From contig CAWCYI010000004.1 in assembly GCA_963799845.1 (NCBI GenBank), positions 1,024,001-1,088,000 of the forward strand: a DNA stretch of 64,000 bases. The letters are read 5' to 3'. The notes under the pieces are model-generated. The model did not search any database. It had not been told where the DNA came from and saw only the letters and a list, made by a program, of their open reading frames with translations. Source of the stretch: an uncultured Nitrososphaerota archaeon. GTDB lineage: Archaea > Thermoproteota > Nitrososphaeria > Nitrososphaerales > CADDZS01. Of this stretch, positions 10,442 to 20,482 are shown one piece after another (position 1 is the first letter of the stretch; each line of letters starts with the position of its first letter). Made by a program: the position numbers and the translations under genes.

Positions 10442-11416
10442 CTACCTTCCAAAGCTCCGCCTTGTGGAGCGCACATCTTGAATTGTCCCCGATTCTAGAC
10501 TCCTCCCTCCGTACTTGAGAAAGACGTCGCCCAATGTCGGTCTAGCAAGAGAAATTGACGCGATTACAATGCCGTTCCTCTCAAGATAATTAACGACAGG
10601 TGCAATCTCTACCTCCCCATTTGCAGTCTGTATCTCAAGCAATCTGTCTTCTGATTTTACTAGCGTACCAATCTCGGTTGGCAAAGTTGAAGGTATCTTT
10701 CCCTCCCTGATCTTGATCGTCAGGATGTCGACGTCCACGGTCCTTTTCAAATCCTCGGGTGAACCGGTTACTGCTATCTTGCCGGAGTTCATGATTGACA
10801 GTCTCTGACATAATTCATTGGCTTCTTCCATATCGTGAGTTGTGATGAGAATCGTAGTTGCGAACTCGGTGCTCAGTCTCTTCACGTAATCCCAAACCTG
10901 CGTCTTGGAAGCAGGATCAAGCCCTATAGTCGGCTCGTCGAGGAAGAGAACTCTTGGTCTGTTAACTAGTGCTTGTGCTATTTCCAGCCGCCTCATCATT
11001 CCCCCAGAATAATGCTTAGCAAGATCATTTGCCCTAGATGTCAAGTCCATGTACTCGAGGGCTTGATCTATTCGCGCATGCCGTTCCTTTTTGTCTACGT
11101 GAAATAACATCGCGAAAATCAGAAGGTTCTCATAACCAGAAAGGTCTCCGTCAACAGAAACAGCCTGAGGAACATACGCTAGCTTTTTCCTGACTTCTCT
11201 CGGCGACTTGATCGCGTCCATCCCCAGTACTCTAATAGAGCCCGAAGTCGGTTTCGCAAGGGTTGTAAGCATCTTTATTGTGGTAGTTTTTCCAGCACCG
11301 TTTGGACCAAGCAGCCCAAAGACCTCCCCTTCTTCGATCGAAAAAGAAATCCCGTCAACTGCTTTTGTACCTTCGCCATAGACCTTTGTTAACGACTCAA
11401 CCTCGATAGCTTTCAA
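10442..11416 (-). CDS. ABC-2 exporter ATP-binding subunit (second system)
   Basis: GPNGAGKTT, YSGGMMRRL, LFLDEPT, TTHD. Confidence 0.95.
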   Translation of the reverse strand: MKAIEVESLTKVYGEGTKAVDGISFSIEEGEVFGLLGPNGAGKTTTIKMLTTLAKPTSGSIRVLGMDAIKSPREVRKKLAYVPQAVSVDGDLSGYENLLIFAMLFHVDKKERHARIDQALEYMDLTSRANDLAKHYSGGMMRRLEIAQALVNRPRVLFLDEPTIGLDPASKTQVWDYVKRLSTEFATTILITTHDMEEANELCQRLSIMNSGKIAVTGSPEDLKRTVDVDILTIKIREGKIPSTLPTEIGTLVKSEDRLLEIQTANGEVEIAPVVNYLERNGIVIASISLARPTLGDVFLKYGGRSLESGTIQDVRSTRRSFGR

Positions 11417-11461
11417 TGTTCTCTACAAGACTTGTTGAGCGCAATCATTCTAAAGGGTGAA

Positions 11462-11487
11462 GACGATCTTCATATGTGAGAATTAGT
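11462..11487 (-). promoter_or_regulatory. Island box, copy 3
   Basis: + strand GACGATCTTCA-TATG-TGAGAATTAGT; good half faces the minus-strand ABC gene; weak TTTAGAA ~7 nt further. Confidence 0.65.
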
Positions 11488-11555
11488 GGGAATCGGAATC
11501 ATCCTAGGCATTTTATGAAATTCAAGAAAGGCGAAAGTACTCTCTTTTAGACCGG

Positions 11556-12797
11556 TTAATCCCATAAAATTCGAGGTGCCTCAACAGTACAGACATCCTC
11601 GACGGCTTTCATTGTCCTGTTCCTCAACTCATCAAGCCCAATGAACTCTCGCACTAATCTTCCATCTCGGATGAGCGGTTTTAACAAGGGCCTGTATTCA
11701 GCAGAAGGTGATTTTTCATCGAGTGTGACGATATCTTCGAAAGTTTTCTGATTCCGAAATACATTCTTTCTTCCGGAAAGGTCGCCCCTTTTTGTGATGA
11801 GCATCCGCTTTCCATCCTCGCTTTCTTTCTCGACAATCTTGTCGCAAAAATCGATTATCGGAGCGGCCGAAATACCGGCCCCAATTCCAAAACCATCCAC
11901 GAAATCTCTCAATTCTACGACGTCTTGTTCGTCTAAACCACCAGAAACTATTATCTTAACTTCCCCAGCATTCCGGACTTTGAGTTCCCACTTTACTTCT
12001 TGGACTAGTTTCCTCATGTCACCCCTCCTTGAAGTTGGAGTGTCAAGCCTAACTCCGTATAGTTTGTTTCCCAGAGTCTCGTAGGCTTTTATGGCTGCCA
12101 TCTTTTCGTCGCTCAGAGTATCAATTAGAGCAATCCGTGGGACTTCGGGTGGTAACGCTTGATCGAAAATTTTCCAGGCTTGAGCTTCATCTCCCACGCA
12201 TAAAATGAAGGCGTGTGGCATCGTTCCGCTAGCCTTCTTATTCATGAGTTTTGCTCCCAGGACATTTGAAACACTAGTTACTCCTCCAATGTATGAGCAT
12301 CTTTCGACCAGAGGTGCAAGCGCTGGGTGAACGCGCCGGGTACCGAAGCTGATAATCATTCTGCCTCTCGCAAGATGAACAAGTCTTGCTGACTTCGTAC
12401 AGATTCCACTAGACTGAGCCAGCAAACCTAGTATCGGGTTTTCATAAATTGCAATATCTTGGTATCGACCTATTATTCTTAGAACAGGCTCATTCACTGC
12501 AACTGTCGGGTCAGTAAGAAAGACTTCTCCCTCTTCCATAGCATCGACATCCACCGGAAGACCTTGCAAGAGTTTTGCAATTTCGTAAATGCCACAAGCA
12601 ACGGCCCAACGTGCACCGAAAGGATTCGTTCTTGTAAAGACCTCCATTGTTACTTTCGGATTTATGCCAGCAAATCTCAGAGCGTCACGAGCATATTCAA
12701 AGTAGATGTCCGTCGTGAGTCCATCTTTGATCTCTTGCTCCTTCGGCATCCAGAAGAGACGGTCATGGAGATCGCTTCTTAGATTGCTATCAATCAT
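11556..12797 (-). CDS. pncB: Nicotinate phosphoribosyltransferase (archaeal type)
   Basis: TTDIYF, SFGTRR, GTMPHA, GVRLDT, VSGGLD. Confidence 0.9.
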   Translation of the reverse strand: MIDSNLRSDLHDRLFWMPKEQEIKDGLTTDIYFEYARDALRFAGINPKVTMEVFTRTNPFGARWAVACGIYEIAKLLQGLPVDVDAMEEGEVFLTDPTVAVNEPVLRIIGRYQDIAIYENPILGLLAQSSGICTKSARLVHLARGRMIISFGTRRVHPALAPLVERCSYIGGVTSVSNVLGAKLMNKKASGTMPHAFILCVGDEAQAWKIFDQALPPEVPRIALIDTLSDEKMAAIKAYETLGNKLYGVRLDTPTSRRGDMRKLVQEVKWELKVRNAGEVKIIVSGGLDEQDVVELRDFVDGFGIGAGISAAPIIDFCDKIVEKESEDGKRMLITKRGDLSGRKNVFRNQKTFEDIVTLDEKSPSAEYRPLLKPLIRDGRLVREFIGLDELRNRTMKAVEDVCTVEAPRILWD

Positions 12798-12840
12798 TTA
12801 GGCCATCCACACATTGACAATTCCGCATTTTGACAATTCG

Positions 12841-13344
12841 TTATCTTCGTATGATACTGCGTGGAGGACTTAGCTTTACTACGGCCAATATCGAATCGAC
12901 AGTTTTTTCGGTCGACAATGGTTTTTTCAAAAACAATTCTATACCCGTGTTCTCTACTTCCCTAGAGACCCCCTCGTTTCCAAGGATCATGATTATTTTT
13001 GTCGCGGATCTCTTTGACAATATTTGCTTGGCAGCCTGTATACTATCGCCAATGGTGTAATCCAATACGACGACGTCTGGGTGTTTCTTGGAAGATTCTG
13101 AAATGGTTGATCTTACACCTCTTGTGACAATTACTGTGCAACCTGCTAACTTAAGTGCAAGTGAGAGAGAGTCAGACTCAGATTGATTCAAAGCTAGGAG
13201 AACGGTGTGATGTTTGGTCAAACTGTCTGACTGACCCCCGTCGGAGAGAATCGAACCTCTCTCTTGTTTAGGACGAGAAAATGACACATTTTTGTCGACA
13301 GTCGGGACAGTATCTTTCTCGTCAGAGGAAGTATTGTCAGCCAT
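12841..13344 (-). CDS. Stand-alone receiver (CheY-like) domain protein, degenerate
   Basis: PDVVVLDY and FLKKP. Lacks the N-terminal acidic pair. ATG 13344 preferred over track start 13398. Confidence 0.7.
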   Translation of the reverse strand: MADNTSSDEKDTVPTVDKNVSFSRPKQERGSILSDGGQSDSLTKHHTVLLALNQSESDSLSLALKLAGCTVIVTRGVRSTISESSKKHPDVVVLDYTIGDSIQAAKQILSKRSATKIIMILGNEGVSREVENTGIELFLKKPLSTEKTVDSILAVVKLSPPRSIIRR

Positions 13345-13402
13345 TTCGCAATAACACCTCTTCGGTGCTGTTCTTATTAGATCAAGCAATAAGAACACAG
13401 CA

Positions 13403-13428
13403 GACGATTATCAATCCTGAGAATTATT
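13403..13428 (-). promoter_or_regulatory. Island box, copy 4 (upstream of receiver and pncB)
   Basis: + strand GACGATTATCA-ATCC-TGAGAATTATT. Confidence 0.75.
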
Positions 13429-13538
13429 GCACCTGAATCTTGATTATGAACAAAAGTTAGAGCAAAGACTGGCCGGTTTGGATTTCGGGCTCTCGGGTCG
13501 CTGCAGTCTTTTTGGTCCGAATATGCTGAGAGTCATTT

Positions 13539-14309
13539 CTAAAATGAGGAATACGCAAACGCTTCGACTAGATCTCTTGCAGTGACGATTCCGACGATCT
13601 TGCCAGAATGAATCAAAGGGAGTCGCTTGATCCGACGCTCGATCATTATTTTTGCAGCATCTAGACCGTCAATCCCTTGCTCGGCTGTAATCAGATAGTG
13701 AGTCGAATAATTCTCGACACTCGAATGCATGGTGAATTCTGAAGTCAGAATTGATCTGAGAAGGTCTCTTTCCGTAAAAATTCCCCTCGAAAATCTCCCT
13801 TCAGAAACTATGACGCTGCCGACGCGCCTCTTGTCCATAAGTTGGACGATTAATTCCACTGTCGACCGAGGCCCTTCCTCATAAACAATCCCGGAATAAG
13901 CACTCTTGAAATCAAAACGTCTTCCGAATTTGCCTATCTCTCTGACGATATCAGTTGCAGTAACGATGCCAATTGGTTTTTCACTTTCGAAAACCACCAG
14001 CCTCCCCTTTTTCTCGCGCATGATCTTGGCGGCGTCTCCTAGAGTTGCATCGGGACTCAGAATGTTGAATGATGGTGTCATGACTTCCGTGAGAACCGGT
14101 TCCTCAAGTTTCCTTTGACGAGCAAGCACTTTGCTCAAAAGATCACGCTCGGTGAAGATGCCAACCGGCCGTCCACCGTCCTCCACTATCACGCTTCCTA
14201 TCCCGTACTCAACCATCGACTTCACAGCCCAGCTGACATTTGAGCTGGAGTGGCCCAGAACAAGTTTCTTGCTCATGAATTGCTGGGCGGTAATAATTTG
14301 GGATATCAT
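13539..14309 (-). CDS. Four-CBS-domain protein
   Basis: Repeated GIFTERDL / GIVTATD / GIVTARD. Track start 14372 lies inside the regulatory box, so ATG 14309 is more likely. Confidence 0.9.
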   Translation of the reverse strand: MISQIITAQQFMSKKLVLGHSSSNVSWAVKSMVEYGIGSVIVEDGGRPVGIFTERDLLSKVLARQRKLEEPVLTEVMTPSFNILSPDATLGDAAKIMREKKGRLVVFESEKPIGIVTATDIVREIGKFGRRFDFKSAYSGIVYEEGPRSTVELIVQLMDKRRVGSVIVSEGRFSRGIFTERDLLRSILTSEFTMHSSVENYSTHYLITAEQGIDGLDAAKIMIERRIKRLPLIHSGKIVGIVTARDLVEAFAYSSF

Positions 14310-14347
14310 AAGTGAAATAGACGAGAGGCTATCCATTATATTGATAG

Positions 14348-14373
14348 GACGATTCTCAGAATTGAGAATCAAA
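14348..14373 (-). promoter_or_regulatory. Island box, copy 5
   Basis: + strand GACGATTCTCA-GAAT-TGAGAATCAAA; TATAAT 7 nt further on the minus strand. Confidence 0.8.
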
Positions 14374-14463
14374 AATCACCGTTTGAGTCGACGTATTCAA
14401 TCACAGAGGGTGAAAACGAAGGGCGACAAAACTGACATTAAAGACGATCCTTTGTTTGACTTT

Positions 14464-16197
14464 CTAACCTGCGACCAGCACCGCCGATTTGAGCGTTTTC
14501 AAGAAATCTCCTAATTTTCTTGAATTGAGTATGTCACTAGCGGTAGCCCAGCCTCTTCTTGCCTGGGCTATCCCAAGCTCCAAGAAATGAAAGTTGATCT
14601 TCGCATGAGAATCCGAACTAATGCCGAGTTTGACGCCAATTTCGATTGCTTTCTTTATGTGTTCGTCCTTCAAATCCAATCTGTCCGGATACGAGTCGAT
14701 ATCGAGCATCGTACGATTTGCTTTCGCCGCTTCCATAACTTTCTCGATGTCGAGTTCTATTGGATCCCTCTTCTGCAGCTGCCTTGCAGTAGGATGATAG
14801 ATAATGTCGACATCTGGATTTTCAATCGCTGCTATCACTCTGCGAGTCATTTCTTCCTTGGTCAGGTTAAAGTGTGAATGAACGGCCGCCCCAACCACAT
14901 CTAGTTTCCGGAGAGCCTCGCTGGCAATGTCCACGGTTCCATTCTTCATTATATTCAACTCAACACCCTTCAGAATGCGAAATCCACTAAGTTGTTTATT
15001 CAATTCGTCAATCTCCGCCGCTTGTTTTGAAAGCATTTTCTCATCCAATCCTCCTGTCATGGCAAGGGACCGCGAGTGGTCAGATATGACAATGTATTCC
15101 AATCCTATCTTCATCGCTTCTTCAGCCATTTCCTTGATGGAATTTGAGCCATCCGTCCATGTGGAGTGAACTTGTAAATCACCTTTCAATTCATCGTAGC
15201 CAATCAGTTTTGGTAATTCGTTTTTCGCTGCCGCTTCGATCTCGCCGGTATTCTCCCGGAGCTCTGGAGGTATCCACGAGAGTCCAAGTTTTTGATAAAC
15301 CTCCTCCTCGTCCTGCCCCGCGATCATTCGAGTTCCATGAAACAGACCGTACTCATTCAACTTCCATTTCTTCTCTTGGGCGATTTTTCGAAGTGCAACG
15401 TTGTGATCCTTGTTGCCAGTGAAATATTGTAGAGCAGCGCCAAAGCTTCCGATCGGAACAACTCGCAGATCCGCGTGTAGTCCTGTGTCCAGCTTCACAG
15501 AAGACTTTGTCTCTCCCTTCATCATGACCTCAGCGACTTCTGGCATCCCCACGAAGAAATTCATGACTTCTCCAGGTCTCTCAGAGGCAACGAGAAAATC
15601 GACATCACCAATAGTTTCCTTCATCCTCCGAACTGATCCTCCTACCATGACCTTGCTTACTTCATCATGATTCTTCAGACGGTTCTCGATCTCTCGAATG
15701 AATGCGAGATTGAAACCCAGGATGAATCGCCCCTTACTTTTCTTCGCAAACTCGATTCCTTTCAGGATGTTCTGCTCGGTCTTTTCTTGAAAGCCTGGAA
15801 TCTTGCACACTTTGTGCGTGGTGCAAGCACTCTCGAGATCGTCTATATTCCTGATTCCAAGTTCTTGCCATAGAGTTTTGATCTTTTTTGGACCGAGCCC
15901 TTCCACTCCGGAAAGACTACCAAGATCAACGGGGACTTTCTCTTTCAGTTTCTCGTAGTAATCGAGTCGTTCAGTTTTGATGAGCTCTTCAATTTTCTCC
16001 GCTATACTTTCGCCAATTCCAGGAATCTCCATGAGTGCCTTAATTCCGCCTCTTCTGTATACGTCCTCGACATCCTCCTCCAAAGCCTCGATTGATCTAG
16101 CAGCTTTTTCATAGGCTCTTGGCTTGAATTGAATGTCGTCCATTTCCAAAAGGATTGCAATGTTGTTTAGAATGTGTTCGACTTCCCAGTTTCTCAT
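14464..16197 (-). CDS. polX: DNA polymerase X / PHP exonuclease fusion
   Basis: HhH GIGESIA, GSVRR..ETIGDVD, YFTG, then PHP motifs DLQVHSTWTDG, SDHS, HPTAR, SSDSH. Confidence 0.95.
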   Translation of the reverse strand: MRNWEVEHILNNIAILLEMDDIQFKPRAYEKAARSIEALEEDVEDVYRRGGIKALMEIPGIGESIAEKIEELIKTERLDYYEKLKEKVPVDLGSLSGVEGLGPKKIKTLWQELGIRNIDDLESACTTHKVCKIPGFQEKTEQNILKGIEFAKKSKGRFILGFNLAFIREIENRLKNHDEVSKVMVGGSVRRMKETIGDVDFLVASERPGEVMNFFVGMPEVAEVMMKGETKSSVKLDTGLHADLRVVPIGSFGAALQYFTGNKDHNVALRKIAQEKKWKLNEYGLFHGTRMIAGQDEEEVYQKLGLSWIPPELRENTGEIEAAAKNELPKLIGYDELKGDLQVHSTWTDGSNSIKEMAEEAMKIGLEYIVISDHSRSLAMTGGLDEKMLSKQAAEIDELNKQLSGFRILKGVELNIMKNGTVDIASEALRKLDVVGAAVHSHFNLTKEEMTRRVIAAIENPDVDIIYHPTARQLQKRDPIELDIEKVMEAAKANRTMLDIDSYPDRLDLKDEHIKKAIEIGVKLGISSDSHAKINFHFLELGIAQARRGWATASDILNSRKLGDFLKTLKSAVLVAG

Positions 16198-16524
16198 ATC
16201 ATTTCACAAAATGCACTCGGCAATCATTTCAACACGTTTTCACTAACATACTGACGAAATTCAAATTCTTCCAATGAATGCGCTCTCAAAGGAGATGACA
16301 TTCTCACTCTCGAAAGAAGGGACAACATTACCAGAAGATTCCCGAAAAATCCTACTGCGACTTTTTCCGTCTTTGATGCTACTCAGGTAAGCACCTCATG
16401 TATGACGAACAATCAAATGTTTGTCGGACAAATCCGCAAACAGCGCACCTTAATTCCGGTCTCATCTTCACCTTTTTCATCGGTTTGTTACAATGGTAAC
16501 TTGCAGTCAAATTCTATTTCTCAC

Positions 16525-16941
16525 CTAAACAATGCAATCTATCGGCAGTGGCGGCTCAAAATCGGTATCAGGTGCTGCTTCTTCCTTCTCGGCCAAATTC
16601 GCAGGTTTCCTCTTACTCAACAGTACGCTCGATCCGAAGACAATCGCAAGAATAACCGCGAACCAAAACAGATAGTCGAGAATCATATTTGGGGCGTTCG
16701 TGCCAATTGGAACGACGTCAGCGCTTGAGGGACAGACCAATGTTGAATGTGTCTGCGGCGGACTAAGGGACTCTCTATTCATTGAATAAAAAAAGGGCTC
16801 AGGAAAACCATACTCGGTTCCGGCTACACAAGGTTGGCCATTCCAGCGAACAGTATGAGTTCCAGAAACAAGAAAGGAACTTAACAAAAGCAGAACTCCA
16901 ACGCCACAAGAGAGAAGTGGCAGCTTAACGTAGTTTCTCAA
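16525..16941 (-). CDS. Hypothetical membrane protein (2 TM, YGFP motif)
   Basis: Two hydrophobic helices flanking a Cys-containing loop; has its own boxed promoter. Confidence 0.6.
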   Translation of the reverse strand: MRNYVKLPLLSCGVGVLLLLSSFLVSGTHTVRWNGQPCVAGTEYGFPEPFFYSMNRESLSPPQTHSTLVCPSSADVVPIGTNAPNMILDYLFWFAVILAIVFGSSVLLSKRKPANLAEKEEAAPDTDFEPPLPIDCIV

Positions 16942-16993
16942 TTCAACTTCACTTGAGATGGATCTTGCAGCGTTCGTGCATATATCTTGAGAA

Positions 16994-17019
16994 GACGATT
17001 ATCAAATTTGGTAATACCT
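16994..17019 (-). promoter_or_regulatory. Island box, copy 6
   Basis: + strand GACGATTATCA-AATT-TGGTAATACCT; ATATAT 8 nt further on the minus strand. Confidence 0.75.
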
Positions 17020-17360
17020 CAGCCCTTCTCGTCTGCTATGGTTTGAAGTGTATTCGCGTTATCCATCCAATCCGTCCAAGGGATCTTTGCCCGTTAAGAG
17101 GGCTTTCGATCCGCGTCTAAACAATTTTCGCCAGATCGTCTTCTGGTTTGATCTCCCCTGCGCACCTTATTTCTTTTTAGGATCTTCGTCGTCGACACAA
17201 AATTAGGATAAATCACTCGCGATTTTTTCGCCGGCGTCACTTAGAGGACACGTATTGAAAGCATCCCGTATCATATGACATCTCGACGCCGGCATGCTTA
17301 ACGCATTTGAGAAACCTGTTGACTTGGATTAATTCAAGAAACAAAAAGTATCTGTCGTAA

Positions 17361-18042
17361 TTAAGCTTGAACAACGTTTCCCGGATTCTTTGGTCGTGTC
17401 CTTCTCTCGGTTAGATCAATTTCTTTCAGTGCGTTTTTCACTTCATTGTCTTCTACTTGTTCAAACCGTTCATAGAACTCGCCTATTGCATAGAATGGTT
17501 CGGGAGTCTCAAGACAAATTACTTGGTCTGCCACACTTGAGAGCCGCCCAACTGTTTCGGATGGAGCCACTCCTAATGCAAGAATAATTTTCGCTGGTTT
17601 TTTCCTCTTAACAGATTCGATTGCCGCCAGCATTGTATTCCCAGTCGCTACTCCGTCGTCCACAATTATTACGGTCTTTCCTGTGAGATCTGGATACGGC
17701 CTCTCTCCCCGATATTTTTGCATCCTATCTGTAATTTCTTTTTTTTGCCTCAGCTGATTCTTCTTTCAGGTACTCTTTGCTTATTCCGTATTCTCTCACG
17801 ATATTTTCGTCTAAAATCAGCTCACCATCTTGAGTAACCGCTCCTATGGCGAACTCCTCCTGACCTGGAAATCCTATCTTCCTCGTGATTACGAGATCCA
17901 GCTTGGCTCCGAGAGAAAGTGCAATTTCTTTTGCAACCGGTACGCCTCCTCGTGGAATCGCCAGCACAATCGGATTCTTGAACTTCATTCCAATAATCCT
18001 GTCGGCAAGAAGTTTGCCTACTTCAGTTCTATCACGAAACAA
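17361..18042 (-). CDS. Phosphoribosyltransferase (Rv0571c/Rv2030c N-terminal type), one frameshift
   Basis: FRDR, LAIPRGGVPVA, RKIGFPGQEEFAIGA, then VDDGVATG and AIGEFYERF. Frames join if the T8 run at 17739-17746 is T7. Confidence 0.9.
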
Positions 18043-18049
18043 AGTTTTC

Positions 18050-18709
18050 TCACAGATACTCCTCAAACCAATTTGAAGCATGCCTTGCTACTTGAGCAAG
18101 TGTTCCGGGCTCTTCGAAGAGATGAGTTGCATGAGGGACGACAATCAGTTTCTTTTTCCTAGAGGCTATCAGAGCCAATGCAGAACGATTCAATTCGAGG
18201 ACCTCTTCATCATTTCCTCCAACAATCAGAAGAGTTGGTACGTTCACTCGAGCAAGATGGGAGCCTGCCATGTCAGGTCTACCTCCTCTTGAGACAACAG
18301 CGCAAACTTCATTCGGCCCTAAATCGGCTGCCGCTCTGAGCGCCGCTGCTGCGCCGGTGCTCGCTCCAAAATACCCCACTCGAAGTAAACGTTTCTTGAT
18401 GTTATGTTTGACCCAGTTCGATGTATCTTCAAGCCTCTTTGTGAGCAGGTCGATGTCAAACCTCGTCTCATAATTCTCGTCCTCATTCTCCGTCAGAAGG
18501 TCGAAAAGCAGGGTGCCGAATCCAGAATCTTGAAGAACTTCAGCAACGTATCGGTTTCTCGGACTGAGTCTACTACTTCCGCTTCCATGGGCGAAAATCA
18601 CCAAACCCTTCTTGTTCGAACGTGGCTCGACCAGATCTCCGTGCAAAGTCGTGGAATCGATTCTAATTGTTACTGATGTATTGGCGGATCCTTGCATTTC
18701 TTTTCCCAT
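18050..18709 (-). CDS. Dienelactone-hydrolase-like alpha/beta hydrolase
   Basis: FAHGSGSSRLSPRN, GYFGASTG, VSRGGRPD, ATHLFEE. Confidence 0.9.
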   Translation of the reverse strand: MGKEMQGSANTSVTIRIDSTTLHGDLVEPRSNKKGLVIFAHGSGSSRLSPRNRYVAEVLQDSGFGTLLFDLLTENEDENYETRFDIDLLTKRLEDTSNWVKHNIKKRLLRVGYFGASTGAAAALRAAADLGPNEVCAVVSRGGRPDMAGSHLARVNVPTLLIVGGNDEEVLELNRSALALIASRKKKLIVVPHATHLFEEPGTLAQVARHASNWFEEYL

Positions 18710-18751
18710 ACTTCCCGATCCGATCCTTTGATGTTACGAACTATTTCCGCC

Positions 18752-19099
18752 TCAGCATGTCAAGTGCAGAACGGCGTTCGTTTCCTCAGGGTTCTTCATC
18801 AACTGAGCAATAGCCTCCGACGTTGGGAGGATGGACAACTCGATTTTGCGACGCTTAGCTTCTCTCTTGACTTCTTCCATTACTGGAAGGGCTCCACCAC
18901 CAGTTCCGATCACCAAGTGATTACACTTCCAAGGTATCTCCTCTTCTAGGGAGAGTGGAGTATGGCCAAAGGCATCACGAAACTTCTTGGATTGCTTCTT
19001 TTTGCGCTTGAATACCTTCCCACGATCTATAACGACATCGTGATCATATTTGATCCCATTAATGCAGATTGAACCAAAGGAAAATTCTTCAAATTGCAT
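18752..19099 (-). CDS. Mth938-like (DUF498) protein
   Basis: FSFGSI.ING..Y..D, LVIGTG and C-terminal HLTC. Confidence 0.85.
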   Translation of the reverse strand: MQFEEFSFGSICINGIKYDHDVVIDRGKVFKRKKKQSKKFRDAFGHTPLSLEEEIPWKCNHLVIGTGGGALPVMEEVKREAKRRKIELSILPTSEAIAQLMKNPEETNAVLHLTC

Positions 19100-19176
19100 T
19101 GCGCTTCACTCGCGTTGACATTGCAACATTCGTTCGACCGATATGCGAACTGCACGAGTCGTATTTAATGATCGGG

Positions 19177-19202
19177 CACGATTTTCAGAGTTGGGAATCA
19201 TA
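19177..19202 (-). promoter_or_regulatory. Island box, copy 7
   Basis: + strand CACGATTTTCA-GAGT-TGGGAATCATA; TTAAATA 8 nt further on the minus strand. Confidence 0.75.
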
Positions 19203-19295
19203 CCTTCTTAAGAAGGAGGCATTTCAGTGCTCGAACGATAATAGAAAACAAGGCCTTATCTGAATCTTGGATGAAAATGTCTATACGTGCACAAC

Positions 19296-20279
19296 TTAAT
19301 TGCGAACTATCGCTTCAAAACAACCTTCGGATTTCTTCAGAACTAATCCAGTACCAAGCTCCGCGCATAATTGGCGCATCTTGTTTCCTATCAATCGAAT
19401 CTCCAGTCCTTTAACAAGATTTGCTTGAAACTTCTCAATCCTAGTTGGATAGAGTTCTATCCTATCGATTTTATCGTCTTCGCCTTCTAATGAGAATACA
19501 AAAGACTCGTCGTTGCGTTCGACTGGATCAATAGCGTAATCATCGATGAAATCACCGGTGCAGTAAAGAATCGGCCGACGCTTGAAAATCTCAATTCCTC
19601 TGAAAACATGGCCGGAGTGCCCGAACACAATATCTGATCCAGCTTCCACCAAAGCATGTGCAAATCGAGTGCGCTCCTCTGGCGGCTCATATCCCCAGTT
19701 TGGTCCCCAGTGAGCGGAGACTATGAGTAAATCGACCGACTCTTTGGAGCGTTTGACAAGATCTAGAAAGCGAACTGACCGCTCATCCGTCAACTCGGAT
19801 GGGACAAAGAGTACTCCACGTCTGATGGATGTGGCTTCCCACTCAGGTTCGTTGTCCGTGAAAGCAACGACACCAATTTTCTTATGATGAGTATTCAGAA
19901 GTGCGAGTCGTTCTGCTTCGTTTAGGGAACTGCCCAGGCCAGCATGCTTGATGTTCGCGTTATCTAGTAGTCTCAACATGTCTTCAGCAGCTTCATAACC
20001 GTAATCTAACGAATGATTGTTGGCTGAAGAGATCACATTGATATCTCCAGCGGACAGAACTCTGACATTCTTGGCGTCTGAACGAAAGTGGAATTCCTTT
20101 ACTGTTGCAGACCATGGTTTTCCTATGTTAGAAATCACGCACTCTAGGTTGCACATTCGAATGTCGGCGGAATGAAAAAGAGAGAGTGTGTTGCCCCACG
20201 GATAGTCTGGTGATCTCTGTCTTAGAACTTCATTGACAAGTCGACCCAGCATGACATCACCGACCAATACAATTCGCAT
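19296..20279 (-). CDS. CapA/PGA_cap family metallophosphoesterase (Rv0574c-like)
   Basis: GDVMLGR, NLE, ANNHSLDYG, SAHWGPNW, GHSGH, GDFIDDY. Confidence 0.9.
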   Translation of the reverse strand: MRIVLVGDVMLGRLVNEVLRQRSPDYPWGNTLSLFHSADIRMCNLECVISNIGKPWSATVKEFHFRSDAKNVRVLSAGDINVISSANNHSLDYGYEAAEDMLRLLDNANIKHAGLGSSLNEAERLALLNTHHKKIGVVAFTDNEPEWEATSIRRGVLFVPSELTDERSVRFLDLVKRSKESVDLLIVSAHWGPNWGYEPPEERTRFAHALVEAGSDIVFGHSGHVFRGIEIFKRRPILYCTGDFIDDYAIDPVERNDESFVFSLEGEDDKIDRIELYPTRIEKFQANLVKGLEIRLIGNKMRQLCAELGTGLVLKKSEGCFEAIVRN

Positions 20280-20342
20280 AAAACGATCAAACCTGACTCT
20301 TATGATTTAGTTGAGTTATTCGTAAAGTGGTCAAGCGAAAAT

Positions 20343-20471
20343 TCATTGGCCCGGACCGTCAGCCTGATAGATCCTATTGCAGATGCATCCCCTGCATGTG
20401 CATCGTTTCATGGTGCATTCTGAAGCGCTCATGTGACCACATTGGCTGCAATGCTTTTTTTGGTTGTTCAT
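20343..20471 (-). CDS. 42-aa Cys-rich micro-protein (metallothionein/zinc-finger-like), absent from ORF track
   Basis: Hand translation MNNQKKHCSQCGHMSASECTMKRCTCRGCICNRIYQADGPGQ; ATG 12 nt after the RNR stop. Confidence 0.7.
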   Translation of the reverse strand: MNNQKKHCSQCGHMSASECTMKRCTCRGCICNRIYQADGPGQ

Positions 20472-20482
20472 ACTAATATCGC

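Noticed and set aside
12814-12839. Direct repeat TTGACAATTC x2 upstream of pncB
   Set aside because: Only two short copies and no recurrence elsewhere; cannot be separated from chance
16253-16278. GACGAAATTCA upstream of polX as a box
   Set aside because: Only a degenerate half-site; not counted
17739-17746. Programmed ribosomal frameshift at the A8 run in the PRTase gene
   Set aside because: One of many scattered single-base indels; homopolymer error is the simpler explanation
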